DNA from: the human T2T-CHM13v2.0 reference genome, Homo sapiens | Assembly: GCF_009914755.1 (NCBI RefSeq) | Contig: NC_060927.1 | Length of the DNA stretch: 64,000 nt | Reading direction: 5' to 3' (one strand) | Part shown: piece after piece, positions 13,490 to 27,402 of the stretch | Position numbering within the stretch: position 1 is the stretch's first letter | Layout: each line of letters opens with the position of its first letter | The notes under the pieces: model-generated | The model's database searches: none | What the model was told of the DNA's origin: nothing | The model's input: only the letters and a program-made list of their open reading frames with translations | Made by a program: the position numbers and the translations under genes

Positions 13490-14390
13490 CGTTTTCCAAT
13501 GGCTCCCATTTCACTCAGAGTAAATGCCAAATCCTTACAACAATGGCCTTCAAGGCAATTCATGATCTGGCCCTCAACACCTCTCTTATCTCACCTGCTT
13601 CTTCTTCTTCCTTTAGTTTATTCGGCTTCAGCCACTGTTTCTTGCTGCTCCTCAAACACACCAAAAATGTTCCTGCCCTAGACCCTTTCTTGGTAGATTC
13701 CTCACATGGCAATTACTTTCCTCAGATAAACTCATGGCTTTCCTTTTTCAAGTTTTTGGTCATTTGTGCCCATGATGTCCACTCTATTAAAGGTGAAATT
13801 CACCTATCCATTTCCCTTTACATGGTCTATTTCCTGTCATAGCACCTACTGCATTTTAACACACTGTATCATTTATTTACCCATAATTTCCTTTATTGTC
13901 TGTCTCTACTGTTAAAATAGTAGTGTTAAGAGACAAAATTTCAACAAATTTAATTTAAAGATATAATTGCATTTCATTACTAATTAATTAAATGGTCAGT
14001 ATCTCATTAGAAGATTTAGAAAAGACCCTTTAGTGAGCAGAGCAGAGGAGGTGGACTTCAGAGGCAGAGAAGAGCTAAAGAAACAGAAACGAGATAAAAA
14101 GTGGATGAACCTTTTCCTTACAGAGTTAAAACAGAGGGGGCTAACTTATAAGGCTGGCTCAAATTAATAAGTCTCTTTCTATTGATTGTTGTGAATCTCC
14201 TGTTTTTGTTTTGTTTTGTTTTGTTTTGTCTAGCCCATTTTAAAGTTCACTTTGATTACTTGGCACTTAGTATAGGTGACTTGATTCTGGTTTGGCCTCG
14301 TCTGTTGGGTTTAGTGTAGGAGCTCAGTCCAAAATCATGGCCTCTCATAATTTTAATTTAACAGTACGCACTCAATAAATATTTGTTAAA
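13490..14390 (+). mobile_element. L2a 3' region, split by an LTR
   Basis: TTCCAATGGCTCCCATTTCACTCAGAGTAAATGCCAAATCCTTAC..CTCCTCAAACACACCAA. The L2 tail GCACTCAATAAATATTTGTT resumes after the LTR. Confidence 0.7.
13924..14363 (-). mobile_element. ERV1 solo LTR (MER31/MER67-like)
   Basis: TGTTAAGAGACAAAATT..GGAGCTCAGTCCAAAATCATGGCCTCTCATAATTTTAATTTAACA with TG..CA ends; near-TSD GTAG/GTAC. Confidence 0.7.
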
Positions 14391-15085
14391 ACAAATTTTA
14401 AATGCTAGGAATGTATTATGATAGTTACTTTTTCACAGATCATCTAAGAATTATGGAACCTAGTACACAGAGAGTCTATTCTCTTAAAATAAATTACTTT
14501 TTATAAATGTGAGTTTTAGTATAAGACTGATTTCATGCTTAAAATAAATAAGAGGCTTTTCTTGGATATATAAAAGAGAGATTCCCAGAGTGTGTGTAGG
14601 GTGGTGAGTCTGGGGTTCCATAACAAGAGATCTTACTGACATTGCCATGAGGAAATGGTAGAACCTCAGGACAATGGCTTCCCGCAGATTCACAGTCTCA
14701 CGTATGCTGCAGAAGATGCAATGCAAGAGATGCAGACACAGGTGGGCCTGAAGGAACCCTGTAGACTGGGAGATACCAAAGTATACTCAAGGTTGAAGAA
14801 AAGGCAAGAGACTGAGCAAGGATTGGGAATTAGGAAATTACACATAATTTTCTATCTGCCAAATAAAATAAGAATGCTGAGACAAAATGAACTTAAGAGT
14901 GCAGTGTCTTTGTTTCTGTTTTGGGCACAACTTGGCTTGTGGACTCAGTTTCACATACCCTAGTGAAGGCTAAATTTTTTTTCCAAAAGTAATATGTAAT
15001 AAATAATATGATATCTCAAGGATACCTCAATGCTAATGACTGGTACATTTTCCCCTATTTTTCCATGGTATTTAGTCTTCCTTCA

Positions 15086-15098
15086 TGTGTGTGTCTGT

Positions 15099-15132
<34 letters not shown>
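15086..15132. repeat. (TG)n microsatellite
   Basis: Directly visible. Confidence 0.95.
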
Positions 15133-15134
<2 letters not shown>

Positions 15135-18100
15135 CTATTCTCATGTTCTTCATGTCAGTATGCACCTATAATACTATTGATTATCTGGTCATTCTTTATC
15201 CTATGGAATTAAAATTCTAATTTCCATGGCCTCAGGTTTAAGTCAGGTGCCTCAATTACTTTTCCACAGCACTCTGGTTATATCAAAATTGTTGACTTCT
15301 TTGACTCCTAAATATAATCATCTTAATAGTCACAACAGTGCTTTTGTTATTTGCTTTCACAGTGCTCACAACATACATAGTTGATGATGTTTCTGGGAGC
15401 CTCCAGTTGTAAGTATTTTGAGATATATTTTTCTTTAAAATAAATATTAGCAGATTTTTAATAGACAAGTCTATTCTAGTCAATATACATTGACTGCTGT
15501 CTGCATTCTAGTCGGTATACATCTGCATCCTAAAACCATGCACTTTCTTCTCTAATCAAGCTGCATCTTTCCACATGAAAAGCCTTAGCAGTATGATTCC
15601 CATATCAGAAGAGTCTACATTTGAAAATCATACAAGTTTTAGAAAATTTAAGATTTATGGGTGGTATACGGGATAATTCATGCAAGAGAAGCTCAGGAGT
15701 GAACCAGGAAGTATAGACACTTCAAGAACTGGAGAACTGGAGATGCCTAGAGACAGCTTTCTGCCAGCACATTCGCTTTTAACCTCATGTTTCCTCTTTC
15801 TGAGTGCCATCTTCAGTCTCTCAAACTGACATGCTTTGTACTCATAGACATATGAATCCATAACTAGAGAGATTTAGGAAAACTCCAGGGAAAGATTCTG
15901 ATCACATGATGAATGCTGCTGCAGAGTAAAAGAATGGTCTCAACAACTTATGTAACCTCAACCTGGGGTCAAGAGACTGCAAGATTGGAGCCCTGCACAT
16001 TGCTGGTGTGGGGAAGAGGAGTTCCCTCATCAAAATGAGGTGTCATTGCAGGAAGAAGGAGCATGTAAAAGATGTTGGATTGATTAATGCAACATATATT
16101 TTTCTAATAGATATCAAAATGTGATATTCTAAGATATTTTTAGAAATCCCAGAAACTAGGCACAATAAGGAAGTTTATTTAAAATTTCTTTCACAATAAT
16201 ACTCCTCTGGAATACATTGAACTACTTCTAATCAAGAGGAAGATTTTAAAAGATTTTCTTGTTCATTCTTTCCCAAATCCTGTCCTTACATGAAAGCTTA
16301 GGTGGAACTGGAATGATTCCCAGTGAGAACAATACTTGTTGAGTTATTCTACTTCCAAACTCCAAAAACTACTTTGAAAATAGGTCTGAATAAAATTCTA
16401 TAGTCCTCTAATGGAGCACCCCCAAACAGGGTAATTATAACACCTCCTGAGGCTACTAGGAACCAAATCCATTTACGAAGTTACTTAAGTATCTAGTTTT
16501 TTTCCACTTCTTTTTAGTGGAGAACAGTTGACTACTAGGCAGCTATGCAATACCTTTCCCAATAAGCAGGTTTTCATTTTTAAAATCAGACTTCCTCATT
16601 GTAAACCATGTTGGTAGAAAATTGCCTAAATAATGATATGTTCTTCTCAGATCAATAACCCTTGGTGATGTTTTTACGAATGTAGTGCAAGAGAGTCCAG
16701 AGATACTTAAGTTAACATGTGAAAAGTAGAGGGCATTTCTGATCTGCTCTCTTTATTTCACTATAGAAATGGACATGGCAGGTTCAATGCATTATTTTCT
16801 AAAATGGCTATTTTCTAATTTTAAACAAATTGATGCTGGCTGGTGGCAAAGAAACCATTGAAGGGGCTACTATGAAATCACTGCAGAAAGTGATGGACAT
16901 TGATAACAGGGTGTAGGCCTAGTAGAAATGGAAAGAAAGGTATAGTCCAAACCTTTCTGAAACAATATGATGTTTCTACAATATCTTACAGTGACAAAGA
17001 GCATGTCATGAATCACGTATATTGATATATAAAAGGATTTAAAAGCCACTGAGTTTCTAAGTGCAGGATATGAAAATATGAAATCTTAATAATTATAAAA
17101 TGCATTCCTAGAAAGAATACCCACCTTATCAATAAATATTAAATATCACAATCCTTCATTGATAAACATTAATTGACAACCAAAATCATGAAAAACAGCG
17201 CAAAAACAGGGTCAAGATGAACAAATGAACAAACTAAACATAGAACAATAAGAATATCAGACAAATCACTGATCAGGTATGACAGTAAAACAAACCTAAT
17301 TTGGACAGGCAAGACTTAGACGTTGTTTCATTCTCAGACATTCTCTGTCATATTTACTTAAAAGGTACTGTAGCTGTTTTAAGGGGTTCGAGGCATCCAA
17401 GAGGGCCTAACCTAGAGAAGTAAAAGAATGACAATTCTAAATGGTAATTGTGAAGCTGGCCTAAAAAGCAATGGGTGCAAATTAAAATAGAAATCATTTG
17501 CACTTCTAAAAACAGTCTTTAAAATGTGCTCTATATGATTAAGTAGGGAAGAGGACATTGGGCATAAAGTGAAGTGGCTGTTTAAAGAGCACACAAGGAA
17601 ATAAGGAAGCAAGTGTATTAACAAAGTGTAGGTGAAATAGATCAATTCAAAATGCTTCTTCCTTCTCCCTCCTTTCTTTCAAAAGTCAACATGCTCTTAA
17701 CATTTGAGTAAAGAAATAGAAGTTTCAGTGTTCTGTGTACGTATGTAAGTTATAAATAGAATAAAAATGAAAATGTATATATATTGTTAGCAAGGACTTG
17801 GAAGAGTACAAGGAAAGAATGGCAGTGTAATAAAGTAACAACTTTTCTGGCAGGGGTAGATTATGTTTAGTACTCAAAAATTTATAAATAGATATATACA
17901 TATAATATTTGCAGTTATTTAGATAATTATCTGAAAACCGAAAAGGAGACTTTTAAAAAGTGTGTCTGAGTAGAAGGGAAGTAGGCTTTCATTTTCATGT
18001 TATATCCTTCAATATTGATTGGATTTATTATGAAGCACATGCATTACTCTTGTACTACAGATAAAACAAATGAAAATGGAAAAATAGTTATATCCCTGAT

Positions 18101-19699
18101 GCATCATCGAGAATGATTACTAAATTGAAAAGATGATGACCTAGCACATTATTATATTTGTATTGCTGCTTACACTTATTACTACCTACGCTACTGGCCT
18201 AAGACTTGTATATTCCCACCAAGTGTCATCATCCCTCGCTCCGCTAATGTATAAAGCAACTGTTTTACCCCTTTCACAGCTTTTCTTGTATGACTCTGGT
18301 CCAGGCTACCAGTCACTATACCTTTATAAGCAATAATGATCTCTGTGAAGCAAACAGGATGACAGATCTCATTATATTCTTCTTTATATTACAACTTTCA
18401 CAGTAAAGAAGACACGCTTATTCTGGCGAATCTAAGAACCAGTTTTGGGTTATTACAGATTTCTGTAAAATAAATATATTGGGTATAATACTTAGAAGGC
18501 CCAGACAGAATCTTGCATCAGCATTCAGCATATGCAGCATCCTTATCCATTCTTTAGGGCACTTTTTTCTCCTCTGTGATAAAAGCTAGGACTAGGCTAA
18601 ACTAGCCAGCTTTTTCTTTTCCCTGGAGATAAAAGGAAGTGGGAATAAATTACAGCTGGACTGCTTTCTACATCAAAGAGAGTATGGTGGGGAGTTCTTA
18701 AAGAATATTGTTATGATTATCTGTCCTTGGGAAAGAAGGAAAATAAAGCCCATGAGAAAGCTGGAGAATTTGGTTTGTAAAGCACTCTCTTCAGAGGGAA
18801 AAAGCAGATAAAGTTTTATACATATCATGATTTATTTCCTTCTGTTATTTCAGAATTCCACACAAGGCTTCACAAAACAGTTGAACCGACAGCGACAACA
18901 AAAAGCCTCCCTGCATATAATGAAATGGCCTTAGAAATTATAAAGCCGATTAGAAATGCTGATACAAGAAATGTAGGGAGAAGTTCTTATGTTCATCAAG
19001 TGCCATTACTGGCAATGACCTTAAGTGAGGTCGTACTTGTATGCAGCCAGCCTTGGGAACAGGCTGAGACCACTGCTGTGTGCAATCTGTTGATCTAAGT
19101 GATATTAAGTGCACACCCAATGTACTGGTTTCTCTCATCGAAAGAGGTACTAAAGTAACTGAACGGTGGGTAAGCCAAGGGTCAAGGGGAATAACTATCT
19201 ACCCTCACTTACTTCAAGCAAGCACACTTGGACTGTGAAAGGATAAGGTGTCTTGGGTTCAAGAATGAGATACTTTTTTCTTGGGGGAGGTGGGGTAAGA
19301 AGTATTGAAGCAGTAGAGAATTGACCTCACCATTTTGTTTTTCTTTTTTTCTATTATACTCTTGATAGGCATTTGTTTCCAGAGCTTGGGTGTAATGAGT
19401 ACTTAATTCAGTCACACCACGTGTAGTCCCCAGGGAGTTTTAGGATAAATGGCTATTCCTTTTGCTATCTGAGGTGCCATTCTAAACCAGGGCGGGAAAT
19501 CAGGTTTGGACAACAGTGAAGAGAAAGGCATTGGTTGCCTTGTATGATGATGGTGAATCAGGTATTGATCTTTTAAATAAATCAGAGATAGTTTAGAGGT
19601 AGCAAATAAAGGTAAAAGATATTAGACTTGGCAGATTTATATCGGGCTGGTTTTAATTTGCTATGTTTTGATCTCATAAGGGAAGTTGAGATATCCAGC

Positions 19700-19960
19700 A
19701 GCTAACAACTACTATGTGCAATGAGCACATGCTTGAATAATAATTGTTATGTATGACTCACCTATTAAGCAAAAGCATTTTAACAAATAAGCTCTCTATA
19801 TAATCACTTTATAAGGTAGATACTATTCATCCAATATACAAGATGAGGAAACTGAAGTTCAGCAAGTGTAAGTAATGTACTTAAGGTGACACAGAACTAA
19901 GTGCCAAATCTAAGATTCAAATCTAAGTTGTCTGACTCTAAAACCAATTCTCCTCTCACT
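19700..19960 (-). mobile_element. MIR SINE
   Basis: Core AGATGAGGAAACTGAAGTTCAG..TTAAGGTGACACAG..GATTCAAATCTAAG..TCTGACTCTAAAACC. Confidence 0.75.
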
Positions 19961-22900
19961 ACACTACTGGACATATCAAGTAATATGTGTTTTAACAATG
20001 ATCTTTTGTATATTAAGCTTTTTTGTTCCCCTTGAATTTATAGTACCATGAACCTATTCGGCCCATGGAAAGTTAGGCTTTGAAATGACTTGGACTCATC
20101 CAATTTTGAGCTTTAAATGAAAGCATTCTATGAATGGTGGCTCCAGATGACATCTGACATCCTAGTCCTCCTCATACTGGCTTCCTCATATCAAAAAGCA
20201 AATCAATGGGTATTATCATGAATCTTAGTAAACTCAATCTATACGTTAGTGTTAAGTTCCATTTATGCTTCAAAAATTCAAATAATATCAAAAGAAACAA
20301 GCCTAAAATATGGTATATATGTATTATGTTCTTGCAATTGAAATATTTTGAATTATGATTGTTGTTATTGTTGTATTTAAGGGATTTTAAAACTTCATCT
20401 TTACAGATATATTTTAATAAAGTTTTTCTGCACTTGACCAATACTACAAATTGTTTATTAATCTATCATGAATATAACATTAAAAATGGAGATGTTGTAT
20501 GCAGTGAACCCTATCACATAAAGGCAAATTGTATAGGAAAAACATCTACACATATTCCTATAAATTGAAATATTAAATTATCTATTATTTGACAAGAAAC
20601 TGAGTTAAATTTTTTTTCAGTAAAATGTCTTCTATATTCAAATGTCATTTTAATTGACATATTTTGAAAATATAGTTTACAAAAAAGTTATGTAAATTTA
20701 TATAAAACCGTTTCAACAAAATATGATTATACTAGTATGCATACATTTGAGATTAAATTCATTTATATTTAGATTTTTAGTATATATGAAGATTACTCTT
20801 TTAAAATAATTAAATACTGAAATCAGTTATGGAACATATCTCAATTGTTCCATGAAAATAATTTAGTTCTACATTGAGAAAAGCATAAATAAAATCATCT
20901 AAAATAAAAAGTTTAAATCTTAACTATTTACAACATTACCATTTTCAGAACCTGATAAGCAAGACCTACATAATTAATATTTAGTTTTAAAATATTGCTA
21001 CCATATTTAAAAAGTAATTACACCATTTGCCAATAAATCATATAAAAATATTCTATATTTTTTGTTGTCCATACTTGTCTATGGTTTGTTGTCCATACTC
21101 CTACTGTCTATGGAAGTTTACATAAACATTACAATTAAATATGTAGTATTAAGACTATATATAATTTCATGGTGATTTATTTCTAAAAATGTATTTTATC
21201 ATTGGAATATTCATTCAATGACAATTACAAGTTACTAGGTTAGGTTGCCTAAGAGATGTGTGAATTTTTACTAAAGAAATCCCTGTTCTTAAGTGATTTT
21301 AAGTGTAAGTGACTTCTATTTTTATGAGATATTAGCTCAGAAAATCAAACTGCCATTTAATTTGGCTCTAGTGAGCCTATTGTCTTCATTTCATGTCCTT
21401 CTTGGGATACATTTTTGTCTGTATTCCTGAGGATTTATTCATAAAATCCCATTAGTATTAATAGGGGTTGTATAACTCTATCCCCTGCACAGCCAGAGGT
21501 AAATGAAATCCCTTTGGCATAGTTTTCTAGCATTTAAATGAGTCTTAGGCTTTATAAAATACAATAATGGTGCAATGTTACTAAGGTAAATACTAAGAAG
21601 ATACGGGAAATGAAATTAAAGGTGCCCTTTATAATGACACTCATGAGGCCATACTTTCTCAAACTGAAAGACACAATTGAGAGAAGTTCATAAAATATCC
21701 ATCTGATCAACAGTTTTGGCAACAGTGTTTTTTGGAATTTGTAGATATTAAATCTAAAACCTAACAATGGATAAGATAGTTTTATTTCTTAATATGGGAA
21801 ATAAAAGGGCAAAATTATTTATGGCTAGTACTTGACTTCTTAAACTGTAGGTATAGTATTTACAGCTCACTTTGCTTGCAATAACTGTAATAATTTCCAC
21901 ATTTATTTAATTTGAGTAACCTCAATGTTGAGAGAGTTACATAATTTCCAATGGGAAGGGTCATAAATAATGATAAACAGACATCTTAAAGTGGGAGTAT
22001 ATGCAATGCACAGTGCTAAAAAATGCTAAGCTTCTAAAGATATCCAGAATGTTAACTTTTCCCTCTACTCAAAACACCTGCTAGGATTTTAACCTACAGG
22101 GTTAATTTTGGTTCCTTCTAACAAGTACGTGCAGTGCATATTACAAATATAGGTATAACAGGTAACTGAACTTTTTACAAATCTCACCCCCATATTATGT
22201 CACTATTCCATTGATTGTACTATTAGTAATATGCTTCTTTGTATCTCAAAGAATTTTTTTTTTCAAAATGTATTTTGAAGATCTTTGTAAAACTCATCTT
22301 AGAAAAAAAAAATAATAGCTTATGTCAGGAAGGAACAGCATGGTAAGCCATTAGTTGTTTAGTGGAACATTCTTTTATACCTGGAAAGCCAACTGAGAAT
22401 CTGGATTTATTTAAATGGAACAAGTGTTAACTAGGAGAGATGGGGCCACAGAGTCACAGGGATGGGGACAGAGCAGTAAGAGATGGAAGGTGGGGGAACA
22501 CTGGGAAACGTCTCTGACCAATTCACAGTAAGACATAAGTTGGCTCTACCCTTGGTGGTAGCCCAAGATTACAATTACCACCCAATCTCATGGACTCACT
22601 TCACTGATTGTTTCATAGCACTAAATTTTGAAGTATGGGCTTTGAGTTGAACAAGCCTGGATGGGTTTCTTTTTCTTTACCTAAATATTGTTCTAATTTG
22701 ATATTCCTGGATAGCTATTAGCAATAGATGACAACTAGTTGGGTATTTGGCATGTGGTGATATACCCTAAACATCAAGACAGAGGTGTCTGCTGGAACTG
22801 GTAGCCACCATGGTCATCAGTGAGATCTTCCTCTTTTAAAGGTAATCTTAATCTGAATATCCATCATCTTTGAAGATCTGTTACTTAAACTTGGTTTTGT

Positions 22901-23449
22901 CTCATGAATAATTTTAAATGATTTTACATATATTTTGATATTTAATAGAAACTTCAGTTGCTGTGTCATTCTTTCCATATGTGCTGTCTTATCCTAGAGT
23001 GTTTATTACTGTGGCTTTTTATCCATAGCAGCTATCCAAGATCTTTTTGGAATGCAATTTGAATCCAGGCATCAGTAAATGTAGAGAGCATGAGAAGTGT
23101 TTATAAAATGCCGCACGACTAAATTGTATAACTCCTTTTTAGGTCAGGTAAGTTTGATCACATTTCAATTGGAAAAGTATGAATTTCTATTATGGTCTCA
23201 CATTTATTTTCTTCCCCCCTGCTAATCCAAAAGCATGACGTTTGGAAAAGGCTAATCTATTAGCTTTTTAAAGGATGAATTGGAGAGTGGACCAGAATTG
23301 GAGAGTGGAGATATCTGTTTCAACAAATAGGTATTGAATTCTTCTTATTTTTTAGATCAAATGCAAGTTGTTTATGTACATTTAATCAGAACGAGCAATG
23401 TTAAGTTGCTGTTAGGGCCTTATGATTCCAAAGAACGTATTCTGCATCA

Positions 23450-23669
23450 CATAGGTCAGCAAATTATGGTTCACAAGCAAAATCTGGCCTGCTGCCTGTT
23501 TCTGGAACTAAAGTGGCTTTTGGTGACACAGCAACACTCATTCATTTACATATTGTGTATAGCTGCTTCTGTGCAACAATGATGAGTTGAGTAGTTGCAA
23601 CAGTGTATGGCTCATAACCCTAAAATATTTTAATTCTGATGCTTTACAGAAATAGTTTGGCAAGCCTTG
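23450..23669. mobile_element. MER58A hAT-Charlie MITE
   Basis: GGTCAGCAAATTATGG..AAAATCTGGCCTGCTGCCTGTTT..CTTTACAGAAATAGTTTGGCAAGCCTTG. Confidence 0.8.
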
Positions 23670-23945
23670 AATGTACATGAAGCATGTCACGGATCATATA
23701 TTGGCAACTAAAGATGCAATAAATGTTAAAATCACAGATATTCAATTTTTTCCAAAATATTTAATTATATTTAACTAAATCCAAAAAATGATTTTAACGT
23801 CATATAAGTAGTTTGTATTTACCTCCATTATGGTCTCATATTGTCAGTTACATTTAATAAAAATGTTTAAATATTTTTGAGAAAAATATTTTAAACATCA
23901 AAAATAAATTTAATTTTTACTTTTTCATATGAAAACCAGTATTCA

Positions 23946-24160
23946 TTTTTAAAAATTTTTAAATTGTTATGGGTACATAATAAGTGTATATATTTATTGG
24001 GTACATGGGATGTTTTGATACAGGCATGCAATGGGCAATAATACCATAATAGAAAGTAGGGTATCCATCCCCTTAAGGCTTTATCCTCTCTACTACAAAC
24101 AATCCAATTGCACTCTTTTAGTTATTTTTTAAATGTACAATTAATTATTATTGACTGTAT
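23946..24160 (-). mobile_element. Short L1MA2-type 3' end
   Basis: Reverse complement of the same 3'UTR seen at 62080-62280 (GATACAGGCATGCAATG, ACAATCCAATT). Confidence 0.85.
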
Positions 24161-25829
24161 TATCTATTTTTGATTAAATATTTTAAAATTCTTATACTTG
24201 GAATACAATTACATTTTAATCCTTTAAATAATTGAGAACAAAGTACAATCTAAGGGATTTGATAGAAATAAACATTACGAAAATGGACCTTAAGGAAGAG
24301 CCAAAGGTGAAAAGAAGAAATGAAATCTTGACATGATGACATAATATTTAGTTGGAGTAGGAGGGCAGAACACAATTGTCAAGTATTTTGTTAGCTTGGT
24401 TTATAATTCTGTATATTTACACCTATGGTACATGGGCCTCCATTTGTGCTCTTGTCCCAGAGCCTGAAAATGTTTGGAATGAGGCTGTTGAGTTCCAAGC
24501 TTGGCAGCATCCAGCTGCTTTGGTGAATCACTCACTGGATAAATTACCCTAAATTTCACCAGATTGTATGTCACTCTTCTACTCCAGTAAAGAGTAAACC
24601 AAACCTAATCCTGGTGAGCTAGTTAATGAAAAGAGAGAGCCTTTCATCTTCTTATGGACAGTTACAACTTGCTATTTGTAGCTATCATCCAAGACAGGAC
24701 TGAACATAACACTACACTATCTCATAGTTTCCTTATTTTCCACAATTATGTATCTGTTATTTAGCACTGTTGTTTTTTAGCAATTAGGATTTATGCAGTC
24801 TCTCTCATTAGAGTATAAACTTGTGATTGAAAAGTCATGTTTTCCAAGAAAATATACAATTAATACAAACTAAATTTAAATTAATATATCTGTTTGCTTA
24901 GATATACTGTAAAAAACACATGCAATGGTCTTCTGCAACAAATATAGTTAATTTTATTTGCTTATTTATTTTAGCATCAGGAGAAAATACTTTGGATTCA
25001 GTTTAACAAAATATTTTTATGGTGAAATTAAAATAGAGGCCATATTTACAAAATTTGCTTAGTATGCAGTCATGCTTCAGAAGTGAATTCTGATATGCTT
25101 TATTTATTTGACAGTGTGAACCAAGAAAAAGCCAATCGTTTTGAAACTGTGGAAAATGATCTTCAAGAAAATTTCAGATGCACTTCCTCAAGTAGTCTAA
25201 CCCAGGGTGAGGCAGTTACATTTATTTACTTAACAATTATTAATGTTTTTCCAAGCCACAAGGGTTAACACAATTAATCTGAAATAAACCTAAACATACA
25301 TGCATCTAATAGGGATATTTTAGGACTGTTTCTGCATAAGTTCTTTGACACACTTTGAACAACTCCATTAAAATTGTAGGCTTTTCTTAAAGGGCTTCTG
25401 CAGTTCTCTCCATTGAACAATTCATCAGCTTCTATCTTTAGCTGGTTTATGAAGCTTTGTACTAATTTAACTTACTGAATTAAAACACATAGTCCTTTCA
25501 GTGTTAGGAGATGTGTTACCCTACTTCTCTGAGTGGTTTGAGTGAATGCTTCCTAAATGATCTAGATCTCATAAAGGTAAGATTGTTTCCTCAGCACATG
25601 GAATACTGTGAACATAACTCATAAAGTAAAACATGGCTGATTTCCCTGCTTGTATCTATGACTTTTATGTCCAAACATACACACACAAAAAAGATGTTCC
25701 ACTTTTGTATTTTTACCTTCTGCATGACATCTCTGAAACTCAAGAATATTTAAAATGAACTTGGCAATCCCCTCTAAAGTTTCTCTTGATCTATATACTT
25801 AATTGGTTTGTTTACTAGTGTGTGCATTC

Positions 25830-26490
25830 AATTCAATTCAGCAAACTTCTGTTGCTAAAGAATGTTTCACTTTGTCCCTGTCTTTCCATCTCCACTGCCA
25901 TCAACCTGCTTAGCCAAAGTTGGCATTATCTGTATCTTACACTCATTTGCCTCCTGAGTGGTTATTGCTATGATTTTTGCCCCTACACAGCCTATATTCC
26001 ATATGGCACGTAGACTTTCTTTTTAAATTATCTACTTCCTCTTCTTAACGTACAGGGTCTTTCTGTCACCTTCAGAGCAAGAGCTTCCCTCTTTAATATT
26101 GTCTTCCTGACCTGACTGCCCCAAATCCCTATCTCAGATATTCTTCCCTTTCAAAATTATAATCCAGCTGAACTGGCTTCTCTCAGTGGGTTCATTCTTG
26201 TTTTGTACAGCATGAACATATAATAGAGGTGAAGTCTCCCAATCCAAAGTAGGCTTTCCCTTGCCTTTTTTGGTCTCTTTCTCTTGTCTTTTTCCTTCTC
26301 AATTACAACTTTCAACAAATTTTTTATTTGCTAATTTTCTTATGGCCTTTCTTCTCCATTATATTCTAAATTCTAAGAAGGCAGAGTCCTCATATATTTT
26401 GTTTACTGCTGCCATTTTTTTTTCCAGAATTTAGGATATTACCTGACACATTGTAGGCACATGATAAATAGATATTGAGTGCATAATTCA
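25830..26490 (+). mobile_element. L2 fragment
   Basis: TCTTTCCATCTCCACTGCCATC..ACCTGACACATTGTAGGCACATGATAAATAGATATTGAGT L2 3' end. Confidence 0.55.
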
Positions 26491-27402
26491 TGGATTAACT
26501 TAATTAATCCATAAATTATTTTAGAAAGACATTAGAATCTTAACTATGGCCTTAAAGGAAGACTTTTCTCCCCACAAAAAGAGCTTAAAATATGGATAAT
26601 ATTCAGATAGGCAAGGAATATTAGTATTAATAGAGAATACTAATAATTCTATGTCTGTGATGTACCATGTACATAAAAAATGAAGATGTATAAATGTTAG
26701 AAATTGAGAGAGTCAAAAGAATACATATGGAGTGGTTTGTTGGAACTGTATTTGAAGGTGATAAAGTATCTGAATTTTAGCTTATAAGGAAATGAGGAAT
26801 CTCTGAAGGGTTTCGAGTAGCAGGCTGATATGATCAAGTTTGTATTTTATTAAAATGATTTCAGTCAGTGTGTGTGTGGTAAGAGAGGATTAGTTTGACG
26901 AAAGCAAATGAATTAATGTAGATGAAGACATTTAGCAGGACACTGAAATCATTTAGAAGGATCCCATGAGGGTCTGTAAAGGAAAAGCATGACATGGAAT
27001 TGACATCACAATAATGTAGAAAGAAAGAAGTCAAGAATAAATGCATATTTCTAAGTTGAATATCCCTGAAGCAGTTGAATGTTTATAGGAACATATTTAT
27101 ACATACAACTTGTATGATAATTAATGAATATATTTTATACATATTGAAAATTTTGTCTCCAGTTGATATTTCATCAACTGAGTTTCATCATTCAACTTCC
27201 CTCTTGTTTTGGCAAACACAATCCCACAAAAATGGGGAAACCCAAATCCTTGAGACTGCTGTTCTGCATATATCACTGGGCTGGGAATACTGACCCTTCA
27301 AAGAAATTCTGACATGTAGCAATAGCAAAGTTGTTAACTCTCGAAATAATAAATGCATTAGTCAATGAATTAATGAATGAATGATGATACCAGATACACT
27401 TT

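Noticed and set aside
21063-21113. Short tandem duplications (TTGTTGTCCATACT twice; GAATTGGAGAGTGG twice at ~23277-23310; 12-mer three times at ~1130-1162)
   Set aside because: Ordinary slippage duplications with no further structure.
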